Assembly: GCA_965287045.1 (NCBI GenBank)
Contig: OZ336887.1
Location: forward strand, 11,780,001-11,844,000
Direction of reading: 5' to 3'
DNA length: 64,000 nucleotides
Source: Carcharhinus amblyrhynchos
Taxonomy: Eukaryota
Shown: positions 13,521 to 25,754 of the stretch, in pieces
How the letters are laid out: every line of letters starts with the position of its first letter
How positions within the stretch are numbered: position 1 is the stretch's first letter
Notes under the pieces: generated by a model
Told to the model about the DNA's origin: nothing
What the model saw: only the letters and a program-made list of their open reading frames with translations
The model's database searches: none
Position numbers and translations under genes: made by a program

Positions 13521-14689
13521 ATGAAAAAGCAGTGGCCAGTGATCTTACTTTTTCATCCACGATTTGAATGTTTGTCCAGCTCCTTCTGTTAACCCATTGG
13601 AAGCTGGGTGGTAAGGAGCTGACCAAACGTGACGAATGTTGCCGTTGTGACTCTAAGGTATCATGCTGTGCTCCATGATCACTGACAGCCCTATTGCATC
13701 CATCAGTTGTGCTGTGACAGTGTGCAGATGTGACGAACCTGGTCAACAGCGTGGGCTCATGCTGATAGATGAGTGGCAAGGCAGCAAGTGGCTGGGATAA
13801 TGAGCCTGGTCCTGTTCACTGTCCATCCACACAGAGCACCAAGGGAAGAGTCATATCCACATTTTGCAGCTAAGGTGCGAGACCTGGCTCATACCACTGC
13901 TTCAGCATTGAGGCGTATATGTGTAGGCAGATCTTATAGGCACACATGGAACAATGTGAATGAGCACTGTGATGCACAACAGTGAAGAGCAATATTCCTC
14001 CACGCGTTGTAGACTAACATAAATTCATGTTAACATTGCAGTCGAAAAGAGCAAAGGGTGCTTAGACTGGGCATGGGTCAGCCTGGCTGAGACACATCTG
14101 ACCTGTGGGACAGATGGAGATTGCCTGGCTGCCTGAACAGTTGCCTGTTAGCAGCTGATAAAGGCAGGTGCTGAAATCATTTGGAACATGGTGGCAGTGT
14201 TGGAGGTCATGATCTCAGTTCATTGAGCGTAAAGGGACATAGACATGAGGAGGAGTGTAATGATGGGGTTGTGTCATACAGGAAACTCAAGCATGGTGAG
14301 ATGCAATGGTGCACATCAGAACGTGCTTTCACTATGAAAAGGGCTCTACCTAAGTAACTTCTCTTGTGTTTCACACAGGTCCTAGCTCTGTTCCCTCATG
14401 TCTCACATCACCAACATTCACCCCCTCCCCTCCTGACATCCCCCTCACTTCCTGGCCGGATCATTCCTTAAGCATCAAGAGATGTCCTAGGAGATGGTGT
14501 CAAAGGCAGAGACATCTGTACATAGTCCCGATCGGAGGAGGGAGGAATGTTGCATTGATGCTCCAGTGGATGGAATGTGAAGCCTCAGGAGTCACTTTCT
14601 GAGTAACAGTATTGGGAAAATCAGCAAAAGATGTGTGGACATCTGGCAGACTTCCCTGAGGCAGTGGAAATTCTAGCACTCAATGAATG

Positions 14690-17180
14690 AGTCCATCACT
14701 CATGAAACTTCAGTATGCAGATGACATCATCATCTCTGCTCTCTCAGAAGGCAATCTTCAAGAACTTGCCTGATGCCTTTGCAGAAGCATGCCAAAAAAG
14801 CCTCAACCTCAAAACAGATTCAAATCCTTTACCACCTACCCTTGGGCTGGATCCAGTCTCTCCTTCCATCAAGATTAATGGAGAAACCTTTCCAAACATG
14901 GAATATTTCCCCTACCTGGGGAACCACCTCTCATCTAAGGCTGACATTGGTGTGAAAATCTAACATTTTATCCAGTCCCCGAGTAGCAAGGATCAGAGTC
15001 TTTGATGACCGCAACATCCACACTGATACCAAAGTGTACAAGACAGTCATCCTCCCAACTCTCTAAACTGCCTAGAAATTTGGACTACATACAGACACCA
15101 CCTCAAGACTCTAGAGAGGTGTCATCAATGCTGCCTGAGACAGATCCTCCACATCAGCTGGTGCAACAGGCATACTAACATCAGCATCCTTGAAGGAGTG
15201 AAGAACACCAGCATGAGGGCCATGGTCATCCAAAACCAACACCACTGGACTGGCCATGGTCATCCAAAACCAACACCACTGGACTGGCCATAGTCATCCA
15301 AAACCAACACCACTGGACTGGCCATGATCATCCAAAACCAACACCACTGGACTGGCCACGATCATCCAAAACCAACACCACTGGACTGGCCATGGTCATC
15401 CAAACCAACACCACTGGACTGGCCACGATCATCCAAAACCAACACCACTGGACTGACCATGGTCATCCAAAACCAACACCACTGGACTGGCCATGATCAT
15501 CCAAAACCAACACCACTGGACTGGCCATGGTCATCCAAAACCAACACCACTGGACTGGCCACGATCATCCAAAACCAACACCACTGGACTGGCCATGGTC
15601 ATCCAAACCAACACCACTGGACTGGCCATGATCATCCAAAACCAACACCACTGGACTGGCCATGATCATCCAAAACCAATTCCACTCGACTGGCCATGGT
15701 CATCCAAAACCAACACCACTGGACTGGCCATGGTCATCCAAAACCAACACCACTGGACTGACCATGATCATCCAAAACCAACACCACTGGACTGACCATG
15801 GTCATCCAAAACCAACACCACTGGACTGGCCATGGTCATCCAAAACCAACACCACTGGACTGACCATGATCATCCAAAACCAACACCACTGGACTGGCCA
15901 TGGTCATCCAAAACCAACACCACTGGACTGGCCATGGTCATCCAAAAGCAACACCACTGGACTGACCATGGTCATCCAAAACCAACACCACTGGACTGGC
16001 CATGATCATCCAAAACCAACACCACTGGACTGGCCATGGTCATCAAAAACCAACACCACTGGACTGGCCATGGTCATCCAAAAGCAACACCACTGGACTG
16101 GCCATGGTCATCCAAAACCAACACCACTGGACTGGCCATGGTCATCCAAAACCAACACCACTGGACTGGCCATGATCATCCAAAACCAACACCACTGGAC
16201 TGGCCATGGTCATCCAAAACCAACACCACTGGACTGGCCATGGTCATCCAAAACCAACACCACTGGACTGGCCATGGTCATCCAAAACCAACACCACTGG
16301 ACTGGCCATGGTCATCCAAAACCAACACCACTCGACTGGTCATGGTCATCCAAAACCAACACCACTGGACTGGCCATGGTCATCCAAAACCAATTCCACT
16401 CGACTGGCCATGGTCATCCAAAACCAACACCACTGGACTGGCCATGGTCATCCAAAACCAACACCACTGGACTGACCATGGTCATCCAAAACCAACACCA
16501 CTGGACTGGCCATGGTCATCCAAAACCAACACCACTGGACTGACCATGGTCATCCAAAACCAACACCACTGGACTGGCCATGGTCATCCAAACCAACACC
16601 ACTGGACTGACCATGGTCATCCAAACCAACACCACTGGACTGACCATGGTCATCAAAAACCAACACCACTGGACTGGCCATGATCATCCAAAACCAACAC
16701 CACTGGACTGGCCATGGTCATCCAAAACCAACACCACTGGACTGGCCATGATCATCCAAAACCAACACCACTGGACTGGCCATGATCATCCAAAACCAAT
16801 TCCACTCGACTGGCCATGTGCTTGAGATATCAGAGTCCCAACAAATCTTTTCCACCCAACTCAATAAGGCTCCCGAACAAAGAAGCACTTCAAAGACATT
16901 CTGAAGGCTTACCTCAAAAAATGCAATATAGACATAAGGCCAGGGAGACGCTTGTTCAGAAAAAAACCTACCTGGAGGAACCTCCTGATTGAAGGGACAC
17001 AATTCTTTGAGAACAACAGACAATAAGAGAAAGCCTGGAAAAGGAGTCTGAGAAAGGAACCCCAGCGACCTTGAGTCCAAGGACTGAACCCACCGCCCCA
17101 GAAACACCTGCCAGGTGCACGGTTGGAGATGTGGCTCTGGGATTGGCTCATCAGCCACACAAGGACCCACAGAACCCATG
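14690..17180 (+). mobile_element. Degenerate RTE-clade LINE (RT C-terminal half and terminal Zn-finger-like region), interrupted by the 34-bp minisatellite
   Basis: Fragments: LQYADD; INGETFPNMEYFPYLGNHLSSKADI; RVFDDRNIHTDTKVYKTVILPTL; WTTYRHHLKTLERCHQCCLRQILHISW. After the array: WRNLLIEGTQFFE and CGSGIG..SHTRTH. Multiple stops and frameshifts. Confidence 0.8.
15218..16818. repeat. 34-bp minisatellite, 47 units (GGCCATGGTCATCCAAAACCAACACCACTGGACT)
   Basis: GGCCATG at 15218 and at 16812 are 1594 nt apart, which equals 47x34 minus four single-A deletions seen in the array. Confidence 0.95.
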
Positions 17181-18291
17181 GCCAGTGATACGGAGTTTCT
17201 TAGGTGGATGATCATACGCGTTAGCGAGTGATCATTGAAGAAGCATCTTAGGCAGCTCCATACAGGACCTTTACTCTGTTTATTTGAATTTCTCTTTTTG
17301 GTTTCCAATCTGCTTCGCTGATGCAGCTGCAAAGTAAAATGATCATCGTGCCCTGGCCATCTGTATCATTTACATCTGCTCAGTCGGGTTTTTCTTTCTA
17401 GTGTTTGTTTGGTTCTGTCTTTTCTTTTACTCCGTAATTTTTATTCCACTACTTAGCCTCCATTGGAAGGTTAATTATTGGGCTGCAAAGTCTTTGTAAA
17501 TTTGTTATAATTTCAGCTTAACAGTAATCCTCTCCAAAGGATTTTAAATTTAGATGAAGTTGTTTGTTATAATTTAGAGATGCAGCTTTTTCAAACACAC
17601 AAGAAGAATGATTATTTTTCCACTATTACCAACCATTCTGTCTTTAACTGAACCAGGATGCACATTGGGTATCTGCTCAACTCATGGCAACAAAGCAGAA
17701 AGGGCCTAAAGGTCCTCGGACGGTTGGTGGCGCCCATCCACAGCCACCTGCCCCCCTCCCCCAACCACTACCCCGAGGAACATCACCACCACCCCCTCCT
17801 TCCCCACCATACAACCTCACGTGTATCAAGATTACATAGAGGGTGGTGTGAGGATGAAAATATTTTGTGGATTGCTATATGGGGGGGAGCGGTTTCCACC
17901 TCCACTTTTGGCAGCGGAAATGGAGGAAGGGACAGAGAATCTCAGGAAGTCCCAAAAGAGCTTTGATGTTAATGGAATTTCCCCGCATGGTTGTTCCCAC
18001 CCCCACCAGTGACATACCAGAGTTCCTGCCATACAATGACTGGAAACTCATTTGAATTTATTTAAATATAGTCATACCCCTTGGAAGATCCGGCCCACCT
18101 CCAGTGGCTTCACACTGTCAAGAGAATGGGGAACTGGTGAACAGGACCCACCAGGGGCACATCAGTAAGTACTCCCCCCAGGGTGGATTATAACCAAGCA
18201 GAGGGCCAGTGCCAGGGAGGAGGCGATGGGGTTTCATATCTGCAGGGAAGGAGGGATTCTGAGTTTGGAGGGGTTCATTTATTTAATTAGT

Positions 18292-18427
18292 GACCAGAAT
18301 TCTCTTATCTTCCACGCCCTGCCCACCACTGCCAGCAGGAATGGAGAATTTGGTGCTCAGCCAAGACATCATTCACTGCAGCGGGACTGGAGAATCTCAG
18401 TCTCAGGGAGGTCAGAGAATTCTGGCC
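18292..18427. mobile_element. ~136-bp MITE-like element, same family as 5871-6006
   Basis: GACCAGAATTCTCT / AGAGAATTCTGGCC (13/14 inverted match); shared core CCACTGCCA..GGAGAATTTGGTGCTCAGCCAA..GCAGCGGGACTGGA. Confidence 0.65.
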
Positions 18428-19850
18428 GGTATCTTTGCGATATCAAGGCCCCCTTCCAAAATGCTAGCTTGATATTGTGGGACCCACCTCCAGGATTTCC
18501 TTTGACTAAACGTCAAACGATATGGCAGGAAAAGCCAGCAGAGGAACTGGTAGTGGAAACAGCAGTCTACACCCAACTTTTCCCATCTGAGTCGACACTT
18601 AGTCAAAAAATGAGAAAGTCCCGTTTATTACATTTGAGCTACCAGTGAACTGAGCTGCCAGTGAAAGTGAATCTGCACCCCACATTTTGGAAAATCTCAG
18701 CTTTGAGGTATTAAAACAACAGTTCAACTTCAGCCTTCCCATTGAGAAGCTGACCAAACCAATCCAATTGTGGTTTTACAGCTCACTTGATTTTGTTCCC
18801 CATCAGAATCAGCATTTCACCTGGCAACTTCAGCTAAAATTGCCTCCAATCGTTTCGGACTGGCGAGGGAATAGAAATGGTCAAATGGCGAATGTTGGAA
18901 GACTCAGAACTCAGCTGATGAAGGGGCAGCCAAAACCTAGTGGCTTTTGCTACCAAATAAACCTGTTGGACTTTAACCTGGTGTTGGAAGACTTCTTACT
19001 GTGTTTACCCCAGTCCAATGCCAGCATCGCCACATCATGTTGGAAGAGACATGGGTTTCCAAGGCTCTGACTGAATAATTCTTCCCTTGTATGTAACAAT
19101 TCGTCAGTAGTGCTTTTGACATGGAAACTATTCACTTTTGGGCCTTCTCTCAACACTCCTGAATTGTGCTTCCTGTTAGTGGATCCACGGGCCTTGTAGC
19201 CAGACAGGAATCTTACGCTAATGGTGAACAGAATGTAGCCGCCATCAGAACTAACAATGTACTCTTTTAACTCCTAATTAGAAGCCCTGAAATTCTGGCA
19301 GGGCACTCCAACTCTCCTGCTTAGCTTTGGCAAGAGATGGATGGAATTTCTCAGGAAATGGCCTATCATTAGGATTCCCTGGCAGCCTCTCTGTCCTCCC
19401 ACTGAAGTTATAGTGGAAAAGTGGGAAAACTCCCTCAGGATCTCGTGTGCCCACCATAGGTTGCTCCAAAGGAAAAGCACCAAACTGACTGAACACATAT
19501 TGCTGGCTTTTGAATTGCTTGCAGCAGGAAAGCAATGTTTACGATATAATCAGATTTAATTAGCAATACAGTAATCAACTTTCATTAAGTGTTTTCTGAG
19601 TCCATCATTGCTAATATTTCTGAAAGTCACCCTTTAAATATAGTCGAGTGATAAGCCTGAAATATCCCTGAAAGTTTAGTGGAAGCAGAGGTGCAATATG
19701 TTATTCCAAATAAATTCATGCTTAGATCCTTTATAGCCAAAAACTGACTCTGGACTGAAGAAGAAGCTGTATAGGCAGGTGACCAAAGGTGTGGTCAAAG
19801 AGGTCGGTTCTCAAGGTCGAGGAAGATGGAGAAGCTGAGAGAAGGAGGTC

Positions 19851-20158
19851 ATCATAGAATCCTTATAGTGCAGAAGGAGGCCATTCGGCCCATCGCTTCT
19901 GCACTGACCACAATCCCACCCGGGCCCTATTCCCATAACCCCATACATTTACCCTGCTAACCCCTCTGATACTAAGGGACAATTTAACATGGCCAATCCA
20001 CCTAACCTGCACATCTTTGGACTGTGGGAGGAAACCGGAGCACGTGGAGGAAACCCACCCAGACATGGGGAGAATGTGCAAACTCCACACAGATAGTCAC
20101 CCTGAGCCAGAATTGAACACGGGGTCCCACTGCTAACCACAATGCCACCATGCTGCCC
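19851..20158 (-). mobile_element. V-SINE (HE1-like), tail type A
   Basis: Same head, V domain and tail as 10001-10290. Confidence 0.85.
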
Positions 20159-21627
20159 TGATGGCACACCTTTCTGTTATATCTCTAACTTTGTTATTGT
20201 GATAAAAGATCATCAACCTAAAACATTCACTCAGTATCTCTCTGTACTGCTGCTGCTTGGTCTACTCACTATTTACAATATTTTCTATTTTAAATTACGT
20301 CACTGGTTTTGATGTTTTGACGATGGAGTGGAAGGTTGGGTGGGGGCAGGGGGGTGGGGGGGGGGGGGGAGGCGGTGGGGGTGGTGTAGATGCATGAGAG
20401 GCAGGAATCCGAAGTGAGAGTTTCCAGCTGGAAAACATTACAGATACGTCTGATGCCATAAAGGAATATAAACACAAGGGTGAGAATTTTAAGCAACACT
20501 TTTGGGGTGCCACCGTACACTTCCAGGAAAGCGTCAGCAAAAATGAAAAGATTGGCGGGTGGGGGGGTGAAATTTAGTTCCCATTTAGTAAACTGCTGAA
20601 ATACTTAGGGAGGTTTTATTGCACAGTGGGTAGTGTCCTGCCTCTGAGTCAGAAGCTCTGGGTTCGAGTCCCACCCCAGGTCTTGGTGGCTAAGGAAGGC
20701 TGCCAAACAGGTTGAATATCAACCCTCAAAATCCTTCCAACACACACTAATGGCTGGAGACACTCCTGGTCGTCCATGCTTGATGCGGAGTGGCGTCCCT
20801 CTAGCTATAAGCCTCTGGCAACAGACTGGTGACCTGTTCCATGAAAAGTTAGTTATGGAAACAGACAAAAGTCTGCCTTGGGCACCACTAAGTCCAGGAA
20901 GAGAATCAACAAAACAACAGCTATGAGCAATCTCTCTCATTTTCCCTCCAAGGATGCAGAACAACAAAGAAAAACATGAAACGGTAGCCTTGAGTACTGG
21001 TATGTGAGAACTGAAGACATAATTAACACTGTAGCATTTATTTTAAGCACCAAAGCAAACTTTATAAAACAGCAGTCAGACAGATAGATAAGTTCCAGTC
21101 ATAACATAAAGCACAACTAAAGTAAGTTGACACAGTTGCTTACTCCACATGTTATGATTAAGGTATTACGTTCAGATGTTTTTACTATGTGACATTGGGT
21201 AATTAACTAACGATTAATGGAAAGTTACAGAATAAATGCTGTAAGGTAGTCTTAGATCACTGAAGTGTACTTTAGGTGCAAAATTACCAGCATGAACAAA
21301 CCAGCTTTCTCTGCAAAAAAGAGAGAAAACGCTAATCATAGCATATAATAATCTCATATTTCATTTCAACATGAATGTGATCCCAGAAAATGGCAGGGAA
21401 GCAGCAAACTCAACAAGAATGCATCCTGATGTCCACCAGACACAGATACAATATGATCAACAGGAATTGAGGTGGGTAAAGGGAGTCAAATTTGACCTAG
21501 AGAAAGAGGAAAAGAGAGGGAGATCGACAAGGAAGAGGCAATGAAGTATTTACATGTTCATCTCCAAGGTCATGGCATCCTACTGAAACAAGAATGTTTA
21601 CAGCCTCTGCAAAAGCTGCAATTATCT

Positions 21628-21948
21628 GTGGCACAGCAGTTAGCACTGCTGCCTCACAGCACCAGAGACCTGGGTTCAACTCCAGCCTCGGATCACTGTC
21701 TGTGTGGAGTTTGCACGTTCTCCCCGTGTTTGCATGGGTTTCCTCCGGGTGCTCTGGTTTTCCCCCACAGTCCAAAGATGTGTGGGTTAGGTTGATTGGC
21801 CATGTTAAATTAACCCTAGTGTCAGGGGGATTAGCAGGGTAAATATAAGGGGTTAGAGAAATAGGGCCTGGGTGCGATTGTAGTCAGTGCAGACTTGATG
21901 GGCCAAATGGCCTCCTTCTGCATTGTAGGGATTCTATGATTCAATGAT
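21628..21948 (+). mobile_element. V-SINE (HE1-like), tail type A
   Basis: GTGGCACAGCAGTTAGCACTGCTGCCTCACAGC head, V domain, GGGATTCTATGATT end. Confidence 0.85.
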
Positions 21949-22500
21949 GTTTCAGCATATGTGAAGGTGTTTGGAAGCAAAATTACTTGGCAGAACCCAG
22001 TCACTGGCTTAAAATTGCACACAGGTTAGAAATTGATTCTGTTACCAAGTATTGGAGCAGTGTAATATTCCAACCTCCATTCCATGGATTTCAGAGTTTG
22101 AAGCAGGGACAGTGATGCTGTCTGGCACTTCAAGACTCTCCCTGGAAAGTACCATTGCAGTATCCATATCCATAAAATCCCTTCAGTGCAGAAAGAAGCC
22201 ATTCGGCCCATTGAATCTGCACTAACTCTCCAAAAGAGCGTAGTACCTAGGCCCTCCCCTCCGCCCTTTCCTCCGAACGCCATGCATCTACCATAGCTAA
22301 TCAACGTACGTCTGGATGGGGACAAGGAGAAAGGACTAGAGGACACAAGTGCTGCAAATGCCATTTATAGTGCCAACTTATTATGCACATTAGAGAGAAT
22401 GAGGGATCTTGCAGCAGACAACACGAATATATCCTGGGATTATGGTTGTAAGTTAATGTGATGTCCATTGTCATGGTCACATAGGTACACCTTTCCCTTA

Positions 22501-22805
22501 AAGTTTATTTATTAGCGTCACAAGTAGGCTTACATTAACATTGCACTGAAGTTACTGTGAAAATCCCCTGGTTGCCACACTCCGACACCTGTTTGGATAT
22601 ACTGTGGGAGAATTTAGCATGGCCTACGCGCCTAACCAGCACGTCTTTCAGACTGTGGGAGGAAACCAGAGTACCCAGAGGAAACTGGCTTGCAGGCATG
22701 GAGAGAATGTGCAGATTCAGCACAGACAGTAACCCAAGCTAGGAACTGAACCCAGCTCCTTGGCGTTGTGAGGCAGCAGTGCTAATCACTGTGCCACCGT
22801 GCCGC
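22501..22805 (-). mobile_element. V-SINE, tail type B
   Basis: Reverse complement of the head, V domain and B tail. Confidence 0.85.
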
Positions 22806-23082
22806 TCTTCCCTGTAAATGTTCACAGAGGTCTGACTGCAAGGTGAGTACAGATTGTCTTTGACCTGTCTGGAATTGTTCTCCCTGAGGCTCCTCATACT
22901 TCCCATTTCCCCTACCCAAAAAACATAAGGAACAAAGGTTTGGTAAACTCACTGTCCCAGTATCGTGGACATACTGAAACAAAATGGTGCAACACTATGT
23001 GATGGGGGGAGGTGTTTGGATACAAGGAAAAGAAATTCACAAATGAACTCAAACTGTTGTTACAAATCTTACATTAAATGCA

Positions 23083-23382
23083 GGGGTGGCACAGTGCTTA
23101 GCAAGGCTGCCTCACAGCGCCAGAGACCCGCGTTCAGCTCCCTGCTTGGGTCATTGTCTGTGCGGAGTCTGCACATTCTCCCCAGGTGTGCATGGGTTTC
23201 CTCCAGGTACTCCGCTTTCCTCCCACAGTCCAAATGATGTGCTGGTTATGTGCATTGGTCATGCTAAATTCTCTCTCAGTGTACCCGAACAGGCACTGAC
23301 ATGTGGTGACTAGGGGATTTTCACAGTAACTTCACTGCAATGTTAATGTAAGCCTACTTGTGACAATAATAAAAATAAACTT
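23083..23382 (+). mobile_element. V-SINE, tail type B
   Basis: Head, V domain, tail ending CTACTTGTGACAATAATAAAAATAAAC. Confidence 0.85.
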
Positions 23383-25754
23383 GTTTTTAAACTTGGAACT
23401 GCAGTACCCAGCAACCCTGATCAACTATTTTATCCAGACGTGCTTCTGAAGGGAGCACTATGCCAATGACAATACCAAGCAAAAACTCTGCATGATAGAA
23501 TTAATCCCAACTGAGGCACATTTCTTGCATCAGTCCAAAACCTTGCCAGAGCACTGATGAAGGTGTGAAATGAATCAATTAGGTGTTAGCGATCTGAAAG
23601 TCTATTTTAGTGAGTTGTACAAACAAACCATTGTACGGGTTTACTATTCCAACCATCAATTCATCCAGCTCCATTTCAGCTGTGAGCTCACGTACAGCTT
23701 GACATTAACAGAGTTTATGACGTTGTAAACTTTCCACACAAGTATCCCTTGTTACCTGTAGATGCACAACAAACTCCAGCTTTGGTCTCCAGAGCATTTC
23801 CAATTCAGTGGTTCAATGTCAGCAGTTTTGCACTCAATCTGAAGGCAACCACTGGAAAGACAACAAAATAACAGGAAACAAATTAGTAAAATTGCAAGCT
23901 CTAGTCATTCACATGAATTGCTCAATCACTAAAACTTACATGTGCTGCTAACCATAAAAATCCTCTGCATTATTCTTGTGTTGGTTACATTGAAACCTGA
24001 TTATGTCACGTTGTACGTAATGAGGAAGTGAAGTCAGGGAATCATGGACGAGTTGGTTTTAATAGCAGCAGTAGGCAAGGAATACACAAGTGTTTTACGG
24101 GATGCTATTGCGATACTTCAAAAACCATGGAGCTCATATGCACAGTCAACATAGTTTTAGAGGCACTGGCTACTGGCTCTTCAATTCTTTGGCAAATGGC
24201 AGACAAATTACATCAGTGACTACAATATACTCGGATTTTCAAAAGGATAGATCCTTGCTTGCATTAGTGAACTGAAACTAAATAATTAATGTTAAATATT
24301 GAAAAGGATGGAGATCTCTACTCTGAAACCCTCTTCCATTAATCAACTGCTACAGAATAAATATGCCCCAATGCAAACACCAAACCAGACCAGCATCTAC
24401 CCTGCACTGAGCAACTGACTGGATTCATTATGAATCATATTCATAACAACTCTCATCACTTCTTTTAAGAGATAATAGTTTCTAGTTCACATAATTTTTG
24501 AGAAGTCCGTGGAACTAACAACTAAGGACTCTTCCTCCCATCCCCCCAACAAGCCCTTTCTGCCTTCCTATCCAGCTTTCTCTGCTATCTCATACTGGCT
24601 ACAATTCTACTGGCACTGGCAGTCCTCCAATGTCTGTTGGGAATGTGGTTGTCTCCTCTTATGTGAATTTAGATACTCACCTCTGCTCGGTTATTGAATT
24701 ACTGGGAGCATCACAGTTAAATTCAATTCTCCCTTTCCCTACAGGGATCACTAAATAGCAATCAGGAATGGAATTTCTGACTAACGTTTCACCACCATCG
24801 ATCATTAAACTCAACATGACCTGGCGATCAAGCTTTGGCCTTTCTAGTCTATGAGGCTGAGTACTTTATATATCATCTTTAATCTAGCAAAACCTCCAAA
24901 GTTGATTCACAGGAGCCTTATTGGACATAATTTAACACTGAGCCACCATAAAGAGATCTTAGGACACACCAAAAGCTTGGTCAATGCAGCAAATTTTACG
25001 GATTGATTTAAAGGAGCAGCGAGAGGGGGAGAGAGGTTTGGGGTGGGAATTTCAGAGTTTAGTGCCTACATAGCTGAAAACAGGGTCAGCATTGATGGAG
25101 CGTTGAAAATTGGGGTCTTCAGCGAATTGAAGGAGATGGTGTAGCGATCTCACAGGATTGCAGAGCTGAAAGGGATTATCAAGAGATGGAGGGGTGACAA
25201 CGGTGGACTGAATTTTCATGAACTCAGGGCTGGGACCCACTTCTGGAATTCTAGATCCATTCCTGCCGTTTCTAACCCTTAATAATGCCTTGTAAGGGTG
25301 CATGCTGGTTTGGGATGTGAGCATGCACCCTGACTCTGTTGCAGAGACAGGTATGTCCTAGTCCTGTGTCATGGATCACGGCCTGTCAGAGATATTGTGA
25401 ACCATAGTCTACACCAGTGGTCCTTATGAAAACCATATTGAAAAGTCTTCCTCATGCTTCCCAAGCCAAGGGATACTTCTCACCACACCCTGTGATCTCT
25501 CATGTGCCCTATGTAATGGGATGCTCCCTCATACCATCCAATCTGTATGGACCCTATGCCAAGCTATAGAACTCAAATACCGATTCATCCATTATACGCT
25601 GTATAGTACCAGTGAAAAGTATAATGACAATAGTATGTGTAAAAAAGGAAATACAAAACAATCATTAATTTCTAACTTTTCACTATCTTAAAAAATACTC
25701 TTTTTTATTGCAGCTCAATAAAAGTGTCAATCATGCAGCCTCTTTAAAGTATTA

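Noticed and set aside
11370-14650. Possible Harbinger-type DNA transposon body around the Gypsy relic
   Set aside because: The terminal motifs are suggestive, but I could not read a convincing transposase or Myb/SANT frame.
15218-16818. CRISPR array or a His/Trp-rich repeat protein (ORFs 15324-16825)
   Set aside because: The units are contiguous with no unique spacers, there are no cas genes, and the context is eukaryotic. The ORFs arise in all three frames because the 34-nt period is nearly stop-free.
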